Origin: Eledone cirrhosa
Taxonomy: Eukaryota
Reading direction: 5' to 3'
Length of the DNA stretch: 64,000 nucleotides
NCBI GenBank assembly: GCA_964016885.1
Contig: OZ024747.1
Span: 32,054,001-32,118,000, forward strand
The position numbers were made by a program, and so were the translations under genes. Position 1 is the stretch's first letter. Each line of letters begins with the position of its first letter. Below are positions 34,807 to 49,590 of the stretch, one piece after another. Below the pieces are notes generated by a model. It made no database searches and had not been told where the DNA came from. It saw nothing but the letters and a program-made list of their open reading frames with translations.

Positions 34807-37800
34807 TTTACGTCCGCTTTTCCCTGCTTGCAAGGGTGGGACAGGTCTTATTCAGCATCTCTCCACTCGTCACGGTCCTTCGTCATCTCCACCATGAGCT
34901 TCAATGAACTGAGGTCTGTTCTCACCACCTCCGCCCATGTTTTTCGTGGTCTACCTCTACCACATCTTCCTTCAACTGGCACTTCTTCACCCATCGGTCA
35001 TCCTCCATGCGCATCACATGTCCATACCACCTCAGTCTCCTCTCCCGTACACTACATTCTATCCCTCTCAGACACAGTTTCTCTCTCAACACATTTATGC
35101 TGGGTCGTTCATGCACATTTACACTGCACATCCAACGGAGCATGCTTGCCTCATTTCTCTCCAGCCGTCGCATATCCTCTACAGTTGCTGCCCATGTCTC
35201 ACTACCATGCAGCATCGTGCTCCTCACACAGGCATCGTACAACCGGCCTTTCGTACGCAGGGAGAAACCCTTATTCGTCCACAGAGTAAGCAGCTCCCTA
35301 AACTTCTTCCAACCCGTCCTTATTCTAGATACTATGGCCTCGGAACACCCTCCTCCCATGCTAATCTGATCTCCTAGGTACTGGAAGCTATCCACCACTT
35401 CTATAGCGCCCTTCTGCATTTGAAAAATGTGTCTATCAATGCGACTTCTACTGTCTAATTTCCCTGTACATCTACTGCATACATATTTCTCCCTACCTGT
35501 TAATTTGCCTGCTATCCCGCTACATCTCTTGTGTACCCAGGATCTGCATTGTGTGCATTTTATAGAATTTATGCCAGTTCCTTTTCTGCATATCGAACAT
35601 GGCGATTTCCCTGACGGAATCAGGGTTTTGTCCTCTTTTCTACTCATCAACACTTTTGTCTTAGCTAGGTTCACTCTCAGTCCTCTTGCTTCCAACTGCT
35701 GCTTCCATAGCCAGAATTTATTCTCTAGCTCCTCTACTGATTCTGCTATAAGAACCAGATCGTCAGCATAGAGAAGTTCCCATGGACAACCAGTCTTAAA
35801 CTCCTCTGTTATGGCTTGGAGGACTATAATGAACAAGAGCGGGCTGAGGACCGAACCCTGATGTACTCCTACTTGTATCTGGAATTCCTCACTAAACTGA
35901 ATTCCTACCCTGACTTTACTGAGAGTACCTCTGTACAAAGTTTGCACTGTCCTCACAAGCCATTCCTCAACACCTAGCTTCCTTAGGGACCACCAGATGA
36001 CAGATCGGGGTACCTATCAAAGGCCTTCTCTAGGTCAACAAAGGCTAAGTATAGTGGCTTATTTTTCTCTAAGAACCTCTCTTGCATTGTCTCACCAATA
36101 AGAGGGCATCTGTTGTACTCTTCCCAGGCACAAAACCAAACTGTATCTCATCTGGTTTGACCCTTTCTCTAATTAGTTGTGTTAATATCGTTTCTGCCAC
36201 TTTCATAACCTGATCTATCAGTTTTATACCCCTATAATTGCTCCTCACCAGAGCATCCCCTTTACCTTTGTAGCAATTTATGAGAATACTGCTGCACCAG
36301 TCTTTGGGTATGACACCACCATATATAGCCTGATTGATGATGCGTGCAACCAGTTTAGTGCCTACGTCCCCTGATGCCTTCAGCATCTCAGCAACTATTC
36401 CCGATGGTCCAGCAGCCTTACCATTTTTCATTTCCCTAATTGCCTCTTGGACCCTATATTCGTCAATCTCAATAGCTGGTCCCTCTGTCGGATCTACTAA
36501 GGGTAATTTCTCTCTCTCCCATTCGTTCTCCACATTCATCAGTCTCTCATAATGACATTTCCAGGCCTCCTTTTTCTGATCATTCGTGACACTAAGTACA
36601 CCGTCATCATCCCGGACACATTTATCTCCAACAACATCCTGATTTGCATTGACACTGCCTTGCAATGTGGAACACCGCACGCCTCTGATCTTCCCGTCGC
36701 AGAACATTGGCAAACCTCCTACTCTCCACCTCCCTGCGTGCTAAGTACACCTGACGTCTAGCTTCTCTCTTAGTGGCTGTATATTCGTCCCTACTCCCAC
36801 CCTTTTTCCACGCCTTCCATGCTAGTCTTTTGTCTCTAATGGCCTTATCTACTGTGCTGTTCCACCACCAGGTCACTCTCTGTCTGGTCGGAGCTCTGCT
36901 CCAGCCACAAGTTTCATCAGTAGCCTGCAGCAAGTTGTCACGTGAGAATTTCCAGTTATTATCTATGCCATACGTCTCTAAATCATCTTCTTTTTTGTCA
37001 TATACATCTTGAAGGGCTTTCCTAAATTTGTATTTTAGTGAAAGGTCTTTTAGCTTCCAGACCTTTCTTCTCCACACCTTCCTATATGTCTCATTCCATC
37101 TCTTGCTTACTGAGATATCACTAACAACTAACCTATGCTGTGGGGTACATTCTTCCCCAGGGTATGCCTTGGTATTAGACACTATCTGCCTGTCCCGCTG
37201 CCTTACTAGTAAGAAGTCAATCTGGCTTGTGTGCTCACCAGATTTGTAGGTTATTAGGTGATTGGCAGGTTTCTGGAAGTTTGTGTTGCAAATAGTCAAT
37301 GTACCTGCATCACAAAATTCAAGAAGTCTTACTCCTTCTTCATTTCTTGAGCCGTAACCGTGCCCACCATGTACCCCAGTGTAACCATCCTGGAGCTGTC
37401 CAACATGACCATTAAAGTCTCCTGCTAGCATAATGATGTCTCCATCCTCTGTTATTGCGGTTGTTTGTAAAAGTTGCTCGTAAAAGCAGTCTTTCTCATC
37501 TTTACCTAGGCCTGCTTGGGGAGCATAGGCCGAGATGATTGTCAGTAGTCTCCTGCCTACAACTAATCTAAGCTTAATTATTCGATTACTAACTCGAACT
37601 ACCTCTATTGTCTTATTGATCCATTTCTCAGCCAGGAAAATGCCTACTCCCCCTAACCCATCATCCTTACCTACCCAGAATAGCTTATAGCTAAGACGTT
37701 TGCCTATGACTAGTCTCGCAGAGGCACCTCTCCATCTCACCTCTTGCATGCAGCACACATCCACGTGCCTTCTCTCCAGCATCTCCGCTATTTCAGCAGA

Positions 37801-38050
37801 TCTACCTCTGAGAGTGCCAACATTAAGTGTTGCAACTCTGAGATGCGACGTCTTCATATTTTGTTGTTGTTCCTATTTATTGCTGTGGTGATAAGCGTTT
37901 TGGCATTGATACACTGGTTGGATGCCCTTCCTAACACCAGCACCACTTTACAGCATGGACTGGGTGCTTTTATTTGTGCCACCTGCACTAGAGAGGATGT
38001 CTTACTAGACTCAAGGGCCCTCTCTACCCTTCCATTTTACAGCATGGTCA
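34771..38050 (-). mobile_element. RTE retrotransposon (family B), apparently full length with few lesions
   Basis: ATG at 37857; ORFs 36622-37857 (APE), 36069-36713 and 34922-35956 (RT, YADD); (GAT)n tail at 34771-34806. Confidence 0.95.
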
Positions 38051-38329
38051 TTAAAAAAAACAAAAAAAAAAACTTATTGACACGACGCACACACACACAC
38101 TCACACACCAACACTCATGCATACAAACCACAAACACACACACGTCACTCACATACCAACACTCATTCATGCATACAAACACACACACCACTCACAAACA
38201 CATATATATATATATATATATTACTGGCAGTACTGATACAAATACAAAATCAAAATCATGTCAACTGTAGACTTTTCCCAGTCCAGTTCAGTTTTTATAT
38301 AATAATAATAATAATTGTTTGCTTTACGC

Positions 38330-38790
38330 TGGTAATGGTGATGGTGGTGGTGAATGGTGGTGGATGGTGTCAGTATGGTGATGCTGGTGGTGGTGGATGG
38401 TCAGTGATGGTGGTGGCAGTTGTTGTTGCTGTAGTTGTTATTGTAGTTGCTGTTGCTGTTGTTGTTGTTGTTGTTGCTGCTGCCGTTGTTGTTGTTCTTC
38501 ATTTCACTGATGCTGCAGACAATGGTGTTGATGCTGTTATTGTAGTCGCATATATATAAATACATACATACACACACATTCAACACAGACAATGGTGTTG
38601 TTGCTGTTGTTGTCATTGTTGTTGTTGTTGTCGCTGTTGTTGTTGTTGTTCTTCATTTCACTGCTGCTGTTGCTGCAGACAATGGTGTTGATGCTGTTAT
38701 TGTAGTCGCATATATATAAATACATACATACACACACATTCAACACAGACAATACTGTTGTTGCCGTTGTTGTTGTTGGTGTCACAGAAC
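38330..38790. repeat. (GGT)n/(GTT)n low complexity with a ~160-bp direct duplication
   Basis: 38494-38593 matches 38648-38753. Confidence 0.85.
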
Positions 38791-39609
38791 ATTTAAATAT
38801 GTTATTTAAGAGCTAATAATTGTCACCTATTGTTACTTTATTTCCCAGCCCAGCAATAAATATTGGTCAGAATGCCCAAATGATGAGACTCCTTGTTAAT
38901 TCTGTGAGCACTTTGCTCCTTGGGTAACATAAACTACTAAGCTGTTCCTTAACTGAGCAATAATTCCACCAATGGTTACTTCAAGTTAATAATCAATTTC
39001 ATTATACATTAATACAAAAGTACAAACAGCTATCTTATGTACATATTAAAATTGAAGTATTGAAAACCTTTCCTTGTATTTATGAGGGTCGGCTGAAAAG
39101 TGCAAAGGGTGACCAACATACTCCCATGGAATGACCAAATGAGGTTTATTTTCTAACATACTCCCTGGAATGAAACAATGCAGTTATTAATAAGAAGAGT
39201 TGAAATTAATGCATGCAAGATTTCACAGCTCTAGCATCACTCATTCATAGTCAGCCTATGAACATTCATATGTAAATAATTATAATAGATAAGGAGCTCT
39301 CATAAGATTATCACAAAACTTATTTTGTTGAGTATTGAAGGAAACAGTAAATAATCTTCCTTTTCTTTAAATGACATTGAGCCTATAAACATAGTTACAA
39401 AGTTACGAGGGTAGGCTGAAAAGTTCATAGGCTGACTATAAAGAAGATGGTAGAGTTGTGAAATCTTGCATGCATTAATTTCAATTCTTCTTATTAATAA
39501 TTGCATTGCTCCTTTCCTGGGACTATGTTGAAAAATAAACATCATTCGGTCATTCCAGGAGAGTATCTTGGTCAGTCTATGAACATTTCAGCTGACCATC
39601 ACAAATTAA

Positions 39610-40090
39610 AGTCTGTTCATAGCTGAAGGCTCATCAGGCTAGTGCTTATCCCTGATTTCCTTGGTGTTAGCATCAGAATACAAGGTGTTCCCTGCACAGG
39701 ACACCAGTCTATCACAGAATTAACTCCCTGGCTACTGCTGCTACACACTCTCAACTCAGTGAACTGTAGCAATATAAAATAAAGTGTTTTTCTTAAGAAT
39801 AACACAAAACCTAGCGAGGAATGGAACAGGTGACATTATGATCCTACATCATATGGCGGTGGATTGGCAGTATTGGTAGAGGGTCGGACGCCATAATTTG
39901 ACGTATAGAGTTACGGCCCTTGCCATTCTGAGTTCAAATCCCGCCAAGGTTAACTTTGCCTTTCATCCTTACGGGGTCGATAAAATAAAGTACCAGTAAT
40001 GCACTGGGTAATTGCTGGCCTTGTGCCTAACGTAGAAACAATTATGATCCTACATCAAACATCCTAACTATTAGGCCATCTGCCTTCACA
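39610..40090 (-). mobile_element. SINE family B interrupted by SINE-A
   Basis: Homology to 60372-60640; split at the SINE-A TSD. Confidence 0.7.
39854..40045 (+). mobile_element. SINE family A with TSD
   Basis: TSD TTATGATCCTACATCA. Confidence 0.92.
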
Positions 40091-41433
40091 TGTAATTGCA
40101 AATCAAACCTCATTAAACCAGAGCTAAGCCTGAACTCATATAGTTTATATGAACATTGACAATACATTCTACACATTCAGGTCATAATTTTAACATAGCA
40201 ACCAAAGACAATATATCCTGCTATTATCTTACAACCAGTGAAGGCACATGGCTGAGAGATCTTGAAAGGTTGTGAGTTCAATTCTTTCATTTGGGAAAGA
40301 AACTGACACATGTCCTCTCATATCTCTATAGAATTTAAAAGGCTGCAGCCATATATGTCCAGCACAGATTTTAAGTGACTTTCTTAACTGAAGTACTTGG
40401 TTCCACCAAGTAAATGGGTTTTTATGACAGTATCAAGCAGACCTATTCTCAAATATGTTCCATCCATGACATTCTACATTTTGTCTATCTAATGCACCAA
40501 ATTTCTATAGTTTTTTTTTTCTTTCATTTGTGTAAGATGGTAGCACATGAATTGAGGGAATTTGGCTACTTGTCCTAGCAGATTGAAAATGGGGTTTATG
40601 CCCTTGAGTTTTAATGCTTTAGATCTAACTATATAATTTTGCATTTTGCATTGAAGAAGTGGAGTTATTACTATGCCTTCACTTGTTAGGCAGAAACTGT
40701 ATGAAAGCATATCATATGTGTGTATGTGTGCCAACATCTATAATTTTCATTTACTATTTGCTTATGCCCAAATAACTTAGCAGTTTGACAAATAGTGATT
40801 GATAAAATAAGTATCAGGCTTTTAAAAAATTGTATTAAGACTGATATGATTGACTAAATATAGATGGCAATATGGACTGGGTGAGCTTGAGGAGAAACTT
40901 TATCATGGCACTGGTAATGGATGTATAGAAGAAGAAACCCTTGGAATTTTTGTCCCAGCATTCTCACAGTTAAATGACTGAAACCAGTAAATGAATAAAA
41001 GAATAATTCTGGAATTTATTTCATCAAATACAAAGGAACTTAAAATATGAGGTGGACTTTGAACTGAGAACCACAAGGGTGAGATCTAAAATATTGCATC
41101 ATATCTAGTTTGATATTATATTGATTAGACCAACTGCAACAATATCTACATAATGTAGATGATGTTGTTGTTGATGATATTGATGAGAAATATACTGCTG
41201 CTGCAACACCTGCCAATGATGTTGATGATGATGATGATGAGAAAGATGCTGCTGCTGCAACACCTGCCAATGATGTTGATGATGATAATGAGAAAAATGC
41301 TGCTGGTGTTACTACTGTAACTACTGTCAATGATGATGATGTTGATGATGAAGAAGATGCTGCTGCAATTGCTACCAATGATGTTATTGATGATGATGAT
41401 GAGGGTGATGATGATAAATCAGAAAAGAACTAA

Positions 41434-41623
41434 AATAATTGTTTCTACTTTAGGCACAAGGCCAGCAATTACCCAGTGTATTACTGGTACTTTATTTTAT
41501 CGACCCCGTAAGGATGAAAGGCAAAGTCAACCTCGGCGGGATTTGAACTCAGATCATAAAGGGACGTAACTATGCTGGAAAGCATGGCGTCCGACCCTCT
41601 ACCGATACTGCCAATCCACCGCC
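41434..41623 (-). mobile_element. SINE family A with TSD
   Basis: TSD approximately GAAAAGAACTA(A/T)AATAAT. Confidence 0.92.
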
Positions 41624-42369
41624 TTGAAAAGAACTATAATAATGAAATGATGATGACGCAGATAATTCAAAATATTTATTATATTTTTTTCATATTTTTC
41701 CATTTATTTTTCAATTCTTTTCTAACATCATTATGGCATGTCAAAGTATTTAATGTTTGTTTTTCAGTCTATTAAATTCTTCATGGCATTTATAACTGAA
41801 ATGTGAAAATAAATTTTGGTTTCTGTATCATCAGCTTAATATAATAGTCTACAGTAACAATATGTGTTTGCAAACTGGAAGAGCTAATATTAAAACACAT
41901 GTGAAAGAAATTATTTGAAAACATTTGATTTCAAACATATCAGGAATAATTGACACCTATAGCAGTGGTTCCCAGATCTCCATTTTCAAATACAGACAGA
42001 TCTGCTCTCCTTTACCCTGTTGTTTTTAAATTAATTTTGTTTTTATCTTATTTTCTTCTATTTCCACCACTGTATAACTTCTGTTTGAAAAATATAGTTG
42101 ACATAATAAAACCATAGCTAAATAAATGTGTCATTTATGTCTTCTCTCATTATCATCATTGTTTGACAGACATAGCTGATGGTCCCATTTGTCATCCACT
42201 CACAATTGGTGGGTAATGCCACTTCTGATCACCAACATCATTTGACAACTGTAGCAGATAGTCCCAATCATCCTTCATCTTTAAATGGTGGAAATTGTCA
42301 TCTCTCATTATCAACATTGTTTGACTACCTTAGTAGATAATGATCACAATTATCTGCCACACATTGCAG

Positions 42370-42395
42370 ATTTGGAAATCAGTTGTAGTTTCACG
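42370..42395 (+). CDS. Candidate 26-nt coding micro-exon (IWKSVVVS-R)
   Basis: TTGCAG acceptor, CG|GTGAGT donor; phase-2 end is compatible with the exon at 51096. Confidence 0.25.
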
Positions 42396-45300
42396 GTGAG
42401 TTTATTTTCCCTGGTCATCGGTGGTCAAGGCAGAACTTGAACCGAGAATGCAATATGATACAACAGATCTCACAAGGCACCTTAACTATCCTGTTCAATT
42501 AGTTTTTATTTCTAAGATAGTATGAGAGAGATTTGGCTGCTTTTCTAAGCAAGGTGAGCAACAAGTTCACCTGATGGCTCAAATATGAGGTTTGGTTTTC
42601 ATTGATTGTTGTCAGTAACAAAGGTAATTCTAAAGGTTAGCAGCATCTTGAAAGAAGCAACAGATTGAACACCACAAAAGGGTCAAGTGGTGTATTATTA
42701 TACTTGACAGTGGATTAAGTCTCCCTCTCATGTAGGTCACAGCAGGACTTGAACTTAGAATGTAAAGAACAAGAATAACTAGTACAAAGTATCTCATCTA
42801 ATGTTCTACTTATTCTACCAATCCACTTCCCTGGACAGCTATCTTCTTTACCAACACCAAAAGAATTAAATGTGAAGTTAACCTCAGATTTGAACTTAGA
42901 CTAGAGTGAGCAGGAATATACTATTAAGTATTTATTCCAACACTCAAACAATATTGTCAATTTACTATCTTATATCAAGCTATATGAAAATATTATTGGT
43001 AATAACTGAGCTTAACCCAGAACATTTAAGAAGCATTTGTGAACCACAGAGCTTTTGTTCTGATTATAGCTTTATGTCTATCTATGTCACTTATCTACAG
43101 GAAGAATTGGCTGAATTCATAACATTTCAGAACAAATGCTTTGTGGTATTCAGTTATGCTTCTTTACATTCTGATGTTGAACCCTAACAAAGTTAACTTT
43201 GACTATCATCTATCCAGGAAACAGGCCACTATGCTCATCCATCTTTCTTTGTCTCTGGCAAGGGTTGGTACTTGAAACCAGTTTGTGTCACGCCTGGACA
43301 ATTCATCTTTTAGGGTGAATCTCTAGATCTTCTTTCGCCAACCCTTTCATCTTTTCCCACCAGCTGGTAACCATGACAAAGATAACCTGATGATGTTTCG
43401 ATTGTATAATGAAAGATTTAGATGTAAACTCCAACTTCAGTTCTTGCTGGTATATAGTCACCCATTCATAGGGCATGTAGCATTGGCCCTTCGAAGTACA
43501 TCATCATTTGTAATCTTGTCTTGCCCTCTAATGCCCAGGAAGTATATGCTTTTCTATAAGTTGAAGCTTTGTGCAATGTTAGAAATCTATTTACAGTTAA
43601 ATTATTTGAGAGCTAAGTGTACATACTACAAGGACAGTAGAGTGTCAGCAATGCAGCATGAAATGTAGAATTTGAGTCTAATAATCTGACACCTAATCAA
43701 TTAAACTAGTTGTAAGATCTCATAAACATAGTATACAGTCATTTGCACATAGTATTCTGCCATCTAATAGAAGTTAAACGTATAGCATTGATTTTATTAA
43801 ATCCTGTTCAAGTTTCTATCGTTATTCAATAATTCATATCTTCAAGTTCATGGCATACCTCTGGTGACAGATTGTATTATATAATTAACATGCCAAAGAT
43901 AACCTGATCAAGCTTCGTTTGTATAATGAAAGATTTAGAAGTAAACTCTAACTTCAAACATTTTTTAGCTCAACATTTGAACAAAAGCATTTTTTTCTTT
44001 AAGGATTATAGGATTATAGAAACTATAAAACATTTCCAGTTTTCTGGTAAATGTAAATATTTAATACTAAGGTTTAATATTTTATTTTCGTTTGAGATAA
44101 TTTAATCTTAGTAAAGCAGGCCACCAAACTTACTGGTTCCCTTTTAGTTTAGTACAAGCAGTGAATTGGCAGAAATGCTAGGTAATAAGACAAACTATTT
44201 TGTAGTATTGTGGTATTGTTCTGGTTTTCTTCTTCCCAAGTTCAAATCCCATCAGGTCAATTTTGACTGTCATCCTTTCAGAGTTGATAAATTACCAGCC
44301 AAGGGCAGTGTATTGATATCTACTTCTGTCTTCTTCATCCTTCTTTTTCCTACTTTTCTTTACCATAATGAATCTGCAGAGAAACTGCTTCTCTGGTCAC
44401 CAGATGCAGAGTGCCGAGTGAGACATCCAAATATAACCATCAGGAATCTGGTGGCGAGGAACACTGTCCTCACTACATGGGATTGTCTTGCTACTATGAG
44501 AGACAAGGAAGATTGGAACAAGAACTTTGTGCATGCTTCACCTTCTATGGAGAAATGACTCAAGAAGAAGCTGGTGTTTGGAACATAATGAAGATTCTCA
44601 AATGAAATTATAATAGAAGGGCTCTAGATAAATAGTCTTGTGTCATAGAACTAAGAGCAGTTCTAGGGGGTTTAGTATCACAAGATACTAATGTAGTTTT
44701 AGATACGCTTCATCTAAAAATAAAATAATAGTAATGTTCATGGCTGAAACAGATTTGATCACAAGCTTGCTGAATCAGAGATACCTAGAAGGTTAAATTT
44801 CAACAATTTAAGAATAGTGTTTGTATGTCTATATGATTCAATGCCATTGTGACACATGGAGGGTTATTGGTATTTTCATTCTGGTAGAGCTGATCCCCCT
44901 CTCCAGGTCTGATAAAAGCCATTCTTCTAGTAAATGTGAGAGAAAGAGTAAAAGTAAGGAAGAGACAGAGACGAAAAATCAGCCCTACTACCGGGCTGGT
45001 CCTTTTTTTTTTATCAGCCTGGCAAAGGATGAAAAATAATGTAGACTGTGTCAGAATGCAGAGAACTTGGAATGCAGAGAACCAGAACAAATAACATAAA
45101 TTATTTTAACCAGTTTTATTGACTCTACAATATACCTAGAGTAAAAATTACAATACATTCTAGGTCTAAAAATTTGCTGTCTAGAGTAAGAAAAATAATA
45201 CACTCTGGAGACAGATCATTAGAGGACAAACCTACCCAGGAGTAATACAAACTAAAGAAATGTATAGAATCACATGCATCTGTAGGATAGTTTATAGAGA

Positions 45301-46090
45301 CGACATTAGACAACTCCTGAGAGATAGAATATAAAAACATGAAACATTTCTAATATAAAAAAAAGCTATTAAAATCAGGAATGACTGAATACATAATATG
45401 TAAGAAAGGAAATGATATACTGTTATGTAATGGAATTTTCATTATAGATAAAGAATCCTGGTAGGAATTCAGACAAATTAAAGAAACAATATACGAAACA
45501 TTTCCAAATAGAAAGCATAGCACTAATTTCGGCTCAGTATGTTTGTCATTATTGAAAAATGGAACTTAAATATCAAATAAAAACACTGCTAATTATATAT
45601 CTCCTGATGACCAGTGTATGATGTTGAGAAGACTAAGGGCCCAGACATAAATAGCTGTGTGGTTAAGTAATATGCTCTGCAACGATGTGGTTCTGAGTCC
45701 AATGTTATGGCACAGAATTATGGATGTCGTCTTCTCTATCCTCAAGTTAACCAATACCTTTTAAGTGAAATTTGGCAGAAAGAAAATGTGTGGAAGCTTC
45801 TTGCACACACACACATATATAAAATGGAGCTGCTATTAAATCGCTTGCATAATAGAGTGTAGAACCTTAAAGATGGAAAAAGAAGTTGCCATCGGTTTCT
45901 AAGTGTAATTGAACCTTAAATTCCTCATAAAGGCCACTGTCAACTTTTTCCAATTTAATTGTCTTCGTCCTATTTCATAAGCTATTTTATGACCTCTCCA
46001 TGCATGAGCACACCATTTTTTATATTAACTTTATCCCCTCAGGGCCTCATAAATGTCCAAGAGATCAGCTATGTATACACAATATATATA

Positions 46091-49060
46091 TCATCATCAT
46101 GATCATCATCACGTACATTCTTCCACGCTAGTATGGGTTAGATGGGTTGTCCTGTTGTGGGCAATGCCAGGTCAGGTGACGATGTTTTGCTCATATGGGA
46201 ACTGATTTGGCTTGATTTCTAAAGCTCGATGCCCTTCCTAACACAACCTCATTTACAGTGAGTGCTGGGTGCTTTTTTTCCATGGCGCCTACAAAACCAC
46301 TTTACAGTGTGGGCTGGGTACTTTTTTCTGCGACACCTCCATGACCACTTTGCAGAGGGAGAGGATCAGAGAATATTGTCTATATGCTTCAGCTTTGGCT
46401 TTTACCTGTGGGAAGTCGAGTCTTCTGTATTACTGTGTAATGCCAGAGGTCACGGTCCTGTGTCATCACTTTTGAGAGATGCAATTGGGCAAGATCAGCT
46501 TTTATCACCTCATCCCAGGTCTTCTTGGGTCTCCCCACTCCAAGGCTTCCATCGACTTTTAGTGCTCTGCACATTTTTATGTTGCTGTCATTCATACGAA
46601 TCACATGTCCATACCAATGCAACTTCCTCTCCTGCACACAGCATTTGATTCCTTTTATGCTCAGTCCCTCTCTCAGTTAGTTTATGCTTTGCTGTGTGCA
46701 TATATTACTATTACACATCCATCGGAGTATGCAAGCTTAATTTCTTTCTAATCTACGCAAGTCTTCTACACACAGTGCCCAGGTCTCACTACCATGTAAC
46801 ATTGCTGTTCGTATACACGCATCATACAGTCTGTCTTTCATTTTGAGGGAAAAGCCTTTTGCAGCTAGCAGTGGCAGTAGCTCCCTGAACTTCTTCCATC
46901 CCATTCTTACCCTGGTTACTGTACTTTCAGAACACCCACCTCCACTGCTAATTTGGTCACTTAGATAGCAAAAGCTGTCTACTGTTTCTACAGAACCTTC
47001 CCAGAGTTTGGTGGTGCTTGTTTCCTGTGGCCATTTGCTGCTTACTGTCCCGGTGCAGCTGTTACATGTAAAGCCTACATTCTTAACTGAGCTTCCTGAG
47101 ATACCACTACATCCCTTGTGTACCTATAGTTTGCATTTGGGGCAGAGGATGAAGTTCTTCCTACACCTTTTCTACATACTGAGCAAGAGAGGATCTGGGT
47201 TCTGTTTTCTTGTCTACTTATAAGGACCTTGGTCTTTGTCAGGTTGACTTTGAGACCTTTTCTTTCTAGTCCCTGCTTCCAAGTTTGGAATTTCTTCTTT
47301 AGTTCCTCCATAGATTCAGCTATAAGTGTGAGATCATCCACATACAGAAGTTCCCATGGGCAACCGGTCTTAAACTCCTCTGTTATAGGCTGCAATACTA
47401 TAAACAGGAGAGGGCTAGGAACAGAGCCCTGGTGGACACCGACCTGTATGCTAAATTCCTCACTATAGTCATGGTTAACTCTAACTTTGCTGGCTGCTCC
47501 CCTATACATTGCTTGTACAGCTTTCACAAGCCATTCATCTACTCCTAGTTTTCTAAGAGCCCACAAGATTATAGCATGGGACACTCTGTTGAAGGCTTTT
47601 TCCAGATTGACAAATGCCAGGAAGTGTGGCTTACTTTTAGCTAGGTAATTTTCCTGTAACTGCCTCACAAGGAAGAGAGCATCAGTGGTGCTTTTTCCTG
47701 GCACAAACCCAAACTGCATCTCATCTAGTTTTACTCAGTCCCTAATCAACTGTGCTACAACTCTTTCTGTTACTTTCATGACCTGGTCCATCAGCTTTAT
47801 ACCTCTATAGTTTCCTCTATCTAGTGCATCTCCTTTACCCTTGTAGCAGTTGACAATGATGCTGCTGCACCAATCCTTTGGTAATACACCTTCTAGTATT
47901 ACCTGGTTAACAATACGTGTGGTTAAGGTGTGACCTACCGACACAGATGCCTTCAGCATCTCGGCAGCTATACCTGATGGACCGGTTGCCTTCCCAGTTT
48001 TCATATCTTTAATTGCCTTACTTAATACGCTGCTGCTGACTTGTATTGCTGGCCCCTCTATAGGGTCCACTTGGGGAAGGGTCTCTTTCTCCCATGCATT
48101 CTCTTCATTTAGTAATCTTTCATAATGGCTCTTTCTTCTCGACACTTGTGAGGGCAAGCTCACCTGTATCATTCCAGATGCACTTCTCTCTAATAACATC
48201 ACGATTTTCTCTAACTGCCTTGCAATCCTGAACACCTGTTTCTGGACCTCACATTGCAAAACATGCTTGAATTTTCTATCCTCTGCTTCCCTTCTAGCTA
48301 AGTGTACTTGTCGCCTGGCTTCCCTCCTGGTCTGTATGTAATGTACCCTACTTCTCCCGTTCTTCCATTCTTTCCATTCCTGTCTTTTAGCATTTATTGC
48401 CTCATCTACCTTATTGTTCCACCACCAAGTCCCTCTCCTCCTCCCTGTGGACTTACTCCAACCTCAAATCTTGTCCGTCACCTTTAGTAAGTTATATTTT
48501 AGGAACTCCCAGTGCTCTTCTACATTGAATGTCTCTGTCTGTTCTTCTTTACTGTCATAGGCATTGAGTAGGATATCTTTAAATCTGTTACTGACTGAGG
48601 GGTCTTTTAGCTTCCTGATCTTTTTTCTCCAGGTTGCCTTCTGTTGTCAAGTTCGTCTAGTTCTGACAATGAGGTCGCTGACAACTAAGTTATGTTGGGA
48701 GGTACATTCCTCACCATGGAAGACTTTTGTGTTTCAACCGTCCATCTATCTCATCCTCTGATAAGGATAAAATCTATCTGACTTGAATGCTACTCTGATC
48801 TATAGGTGATCAGATGGTTGTCGGGTTTTTTGAAGTTTGTGTTACATATCGACATGTCATTGGCATCACAGAATTCTAGAAACCTGAAGCCTTCTTCATT
48901 TGTTGTGCCAAACCCGTAGTCTCCATGTACTCTATAGAAGCCATTACAGTGTTTCCCAGCATGTCTGTTAAAGTTCCTGCAATGATTAGGAAGCCATTAT
49001 CTTTTGTTAGGTCAGTAGTGTGCATTAAGGCCTCATAAAACCTATCCTTAAGTTCGTCTG
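46091..49060 (-). mobile_element. RTE family A-like copy, 5'-truncated and degenerate
   Basis: ORFs 47735-48259, 47075-47719 (YVDD) and 46389-46637; 3' UTR like 4040-4440. Confidence 0.93.
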
Positions 49061-49269
49061 ATATATATATATATAATATAATTATAAACAATATATATGT
49101 GCATATATCAATTAAGAAACAAAGTAGTATCTAAAGATATATGGTATGTTTAGTAAAAATAATAACATGTGAATGTTTGGCACAGTCCCTATCAGAAAAC
49201 AATTAAAACATTATGTAAAAAGAAACTCAAAATATAAGGTATATCATAATAATCCATCATATAGTTGAT

Positions 49270-49590
49270 CTTCTACACCCACTTATTCCTGAGAAGGTCA
49301 TGTGTGCAGAGTCTTCAAACACTCCTTCCAGTGGATCCTGTCAGAAGCCAGCGTCTCCAACTGATCTGGCTGGATCCCCAAGTGAGACCAGCCAAGCCCA
49401 TAGATGTTTTCCAACTATCTTGCTCAGGGTTTACCCATGGATCTCCTGCCAGTTGGCTTTTTCCCCATAAAATCTATCCAGCGATATTTTCCTGAGACAT
49501 TCTAACCACATGATCATAGTATCAGAGTTGTGATCTCTCAATTCAAAGAAGTAGCAGCTCTACATGGAGCAACTCTCTGAACTCCAAGCC
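49270..49590 (-). mobile_element. Old non-LTR (RTE-like) C-terminal fragment
   Basis: Decayed QL.YYDHVVRM...GRRS.GKP.ARW...DR..W pattern. Confidence 0.6.

Noticed and set aside
37744-38559. 271-aa ORF with a hydrophobic tail
   Set aside because: Antisense to the RTE 5' end, running into CA/GTT low-complexity repeats.
43380-43430. CTGATGA...GAAA in a ~70-bp segment duplicated at about 43890-43955
   Set aside because: Stem II cannot pair, and the second copy has CTGATCA.
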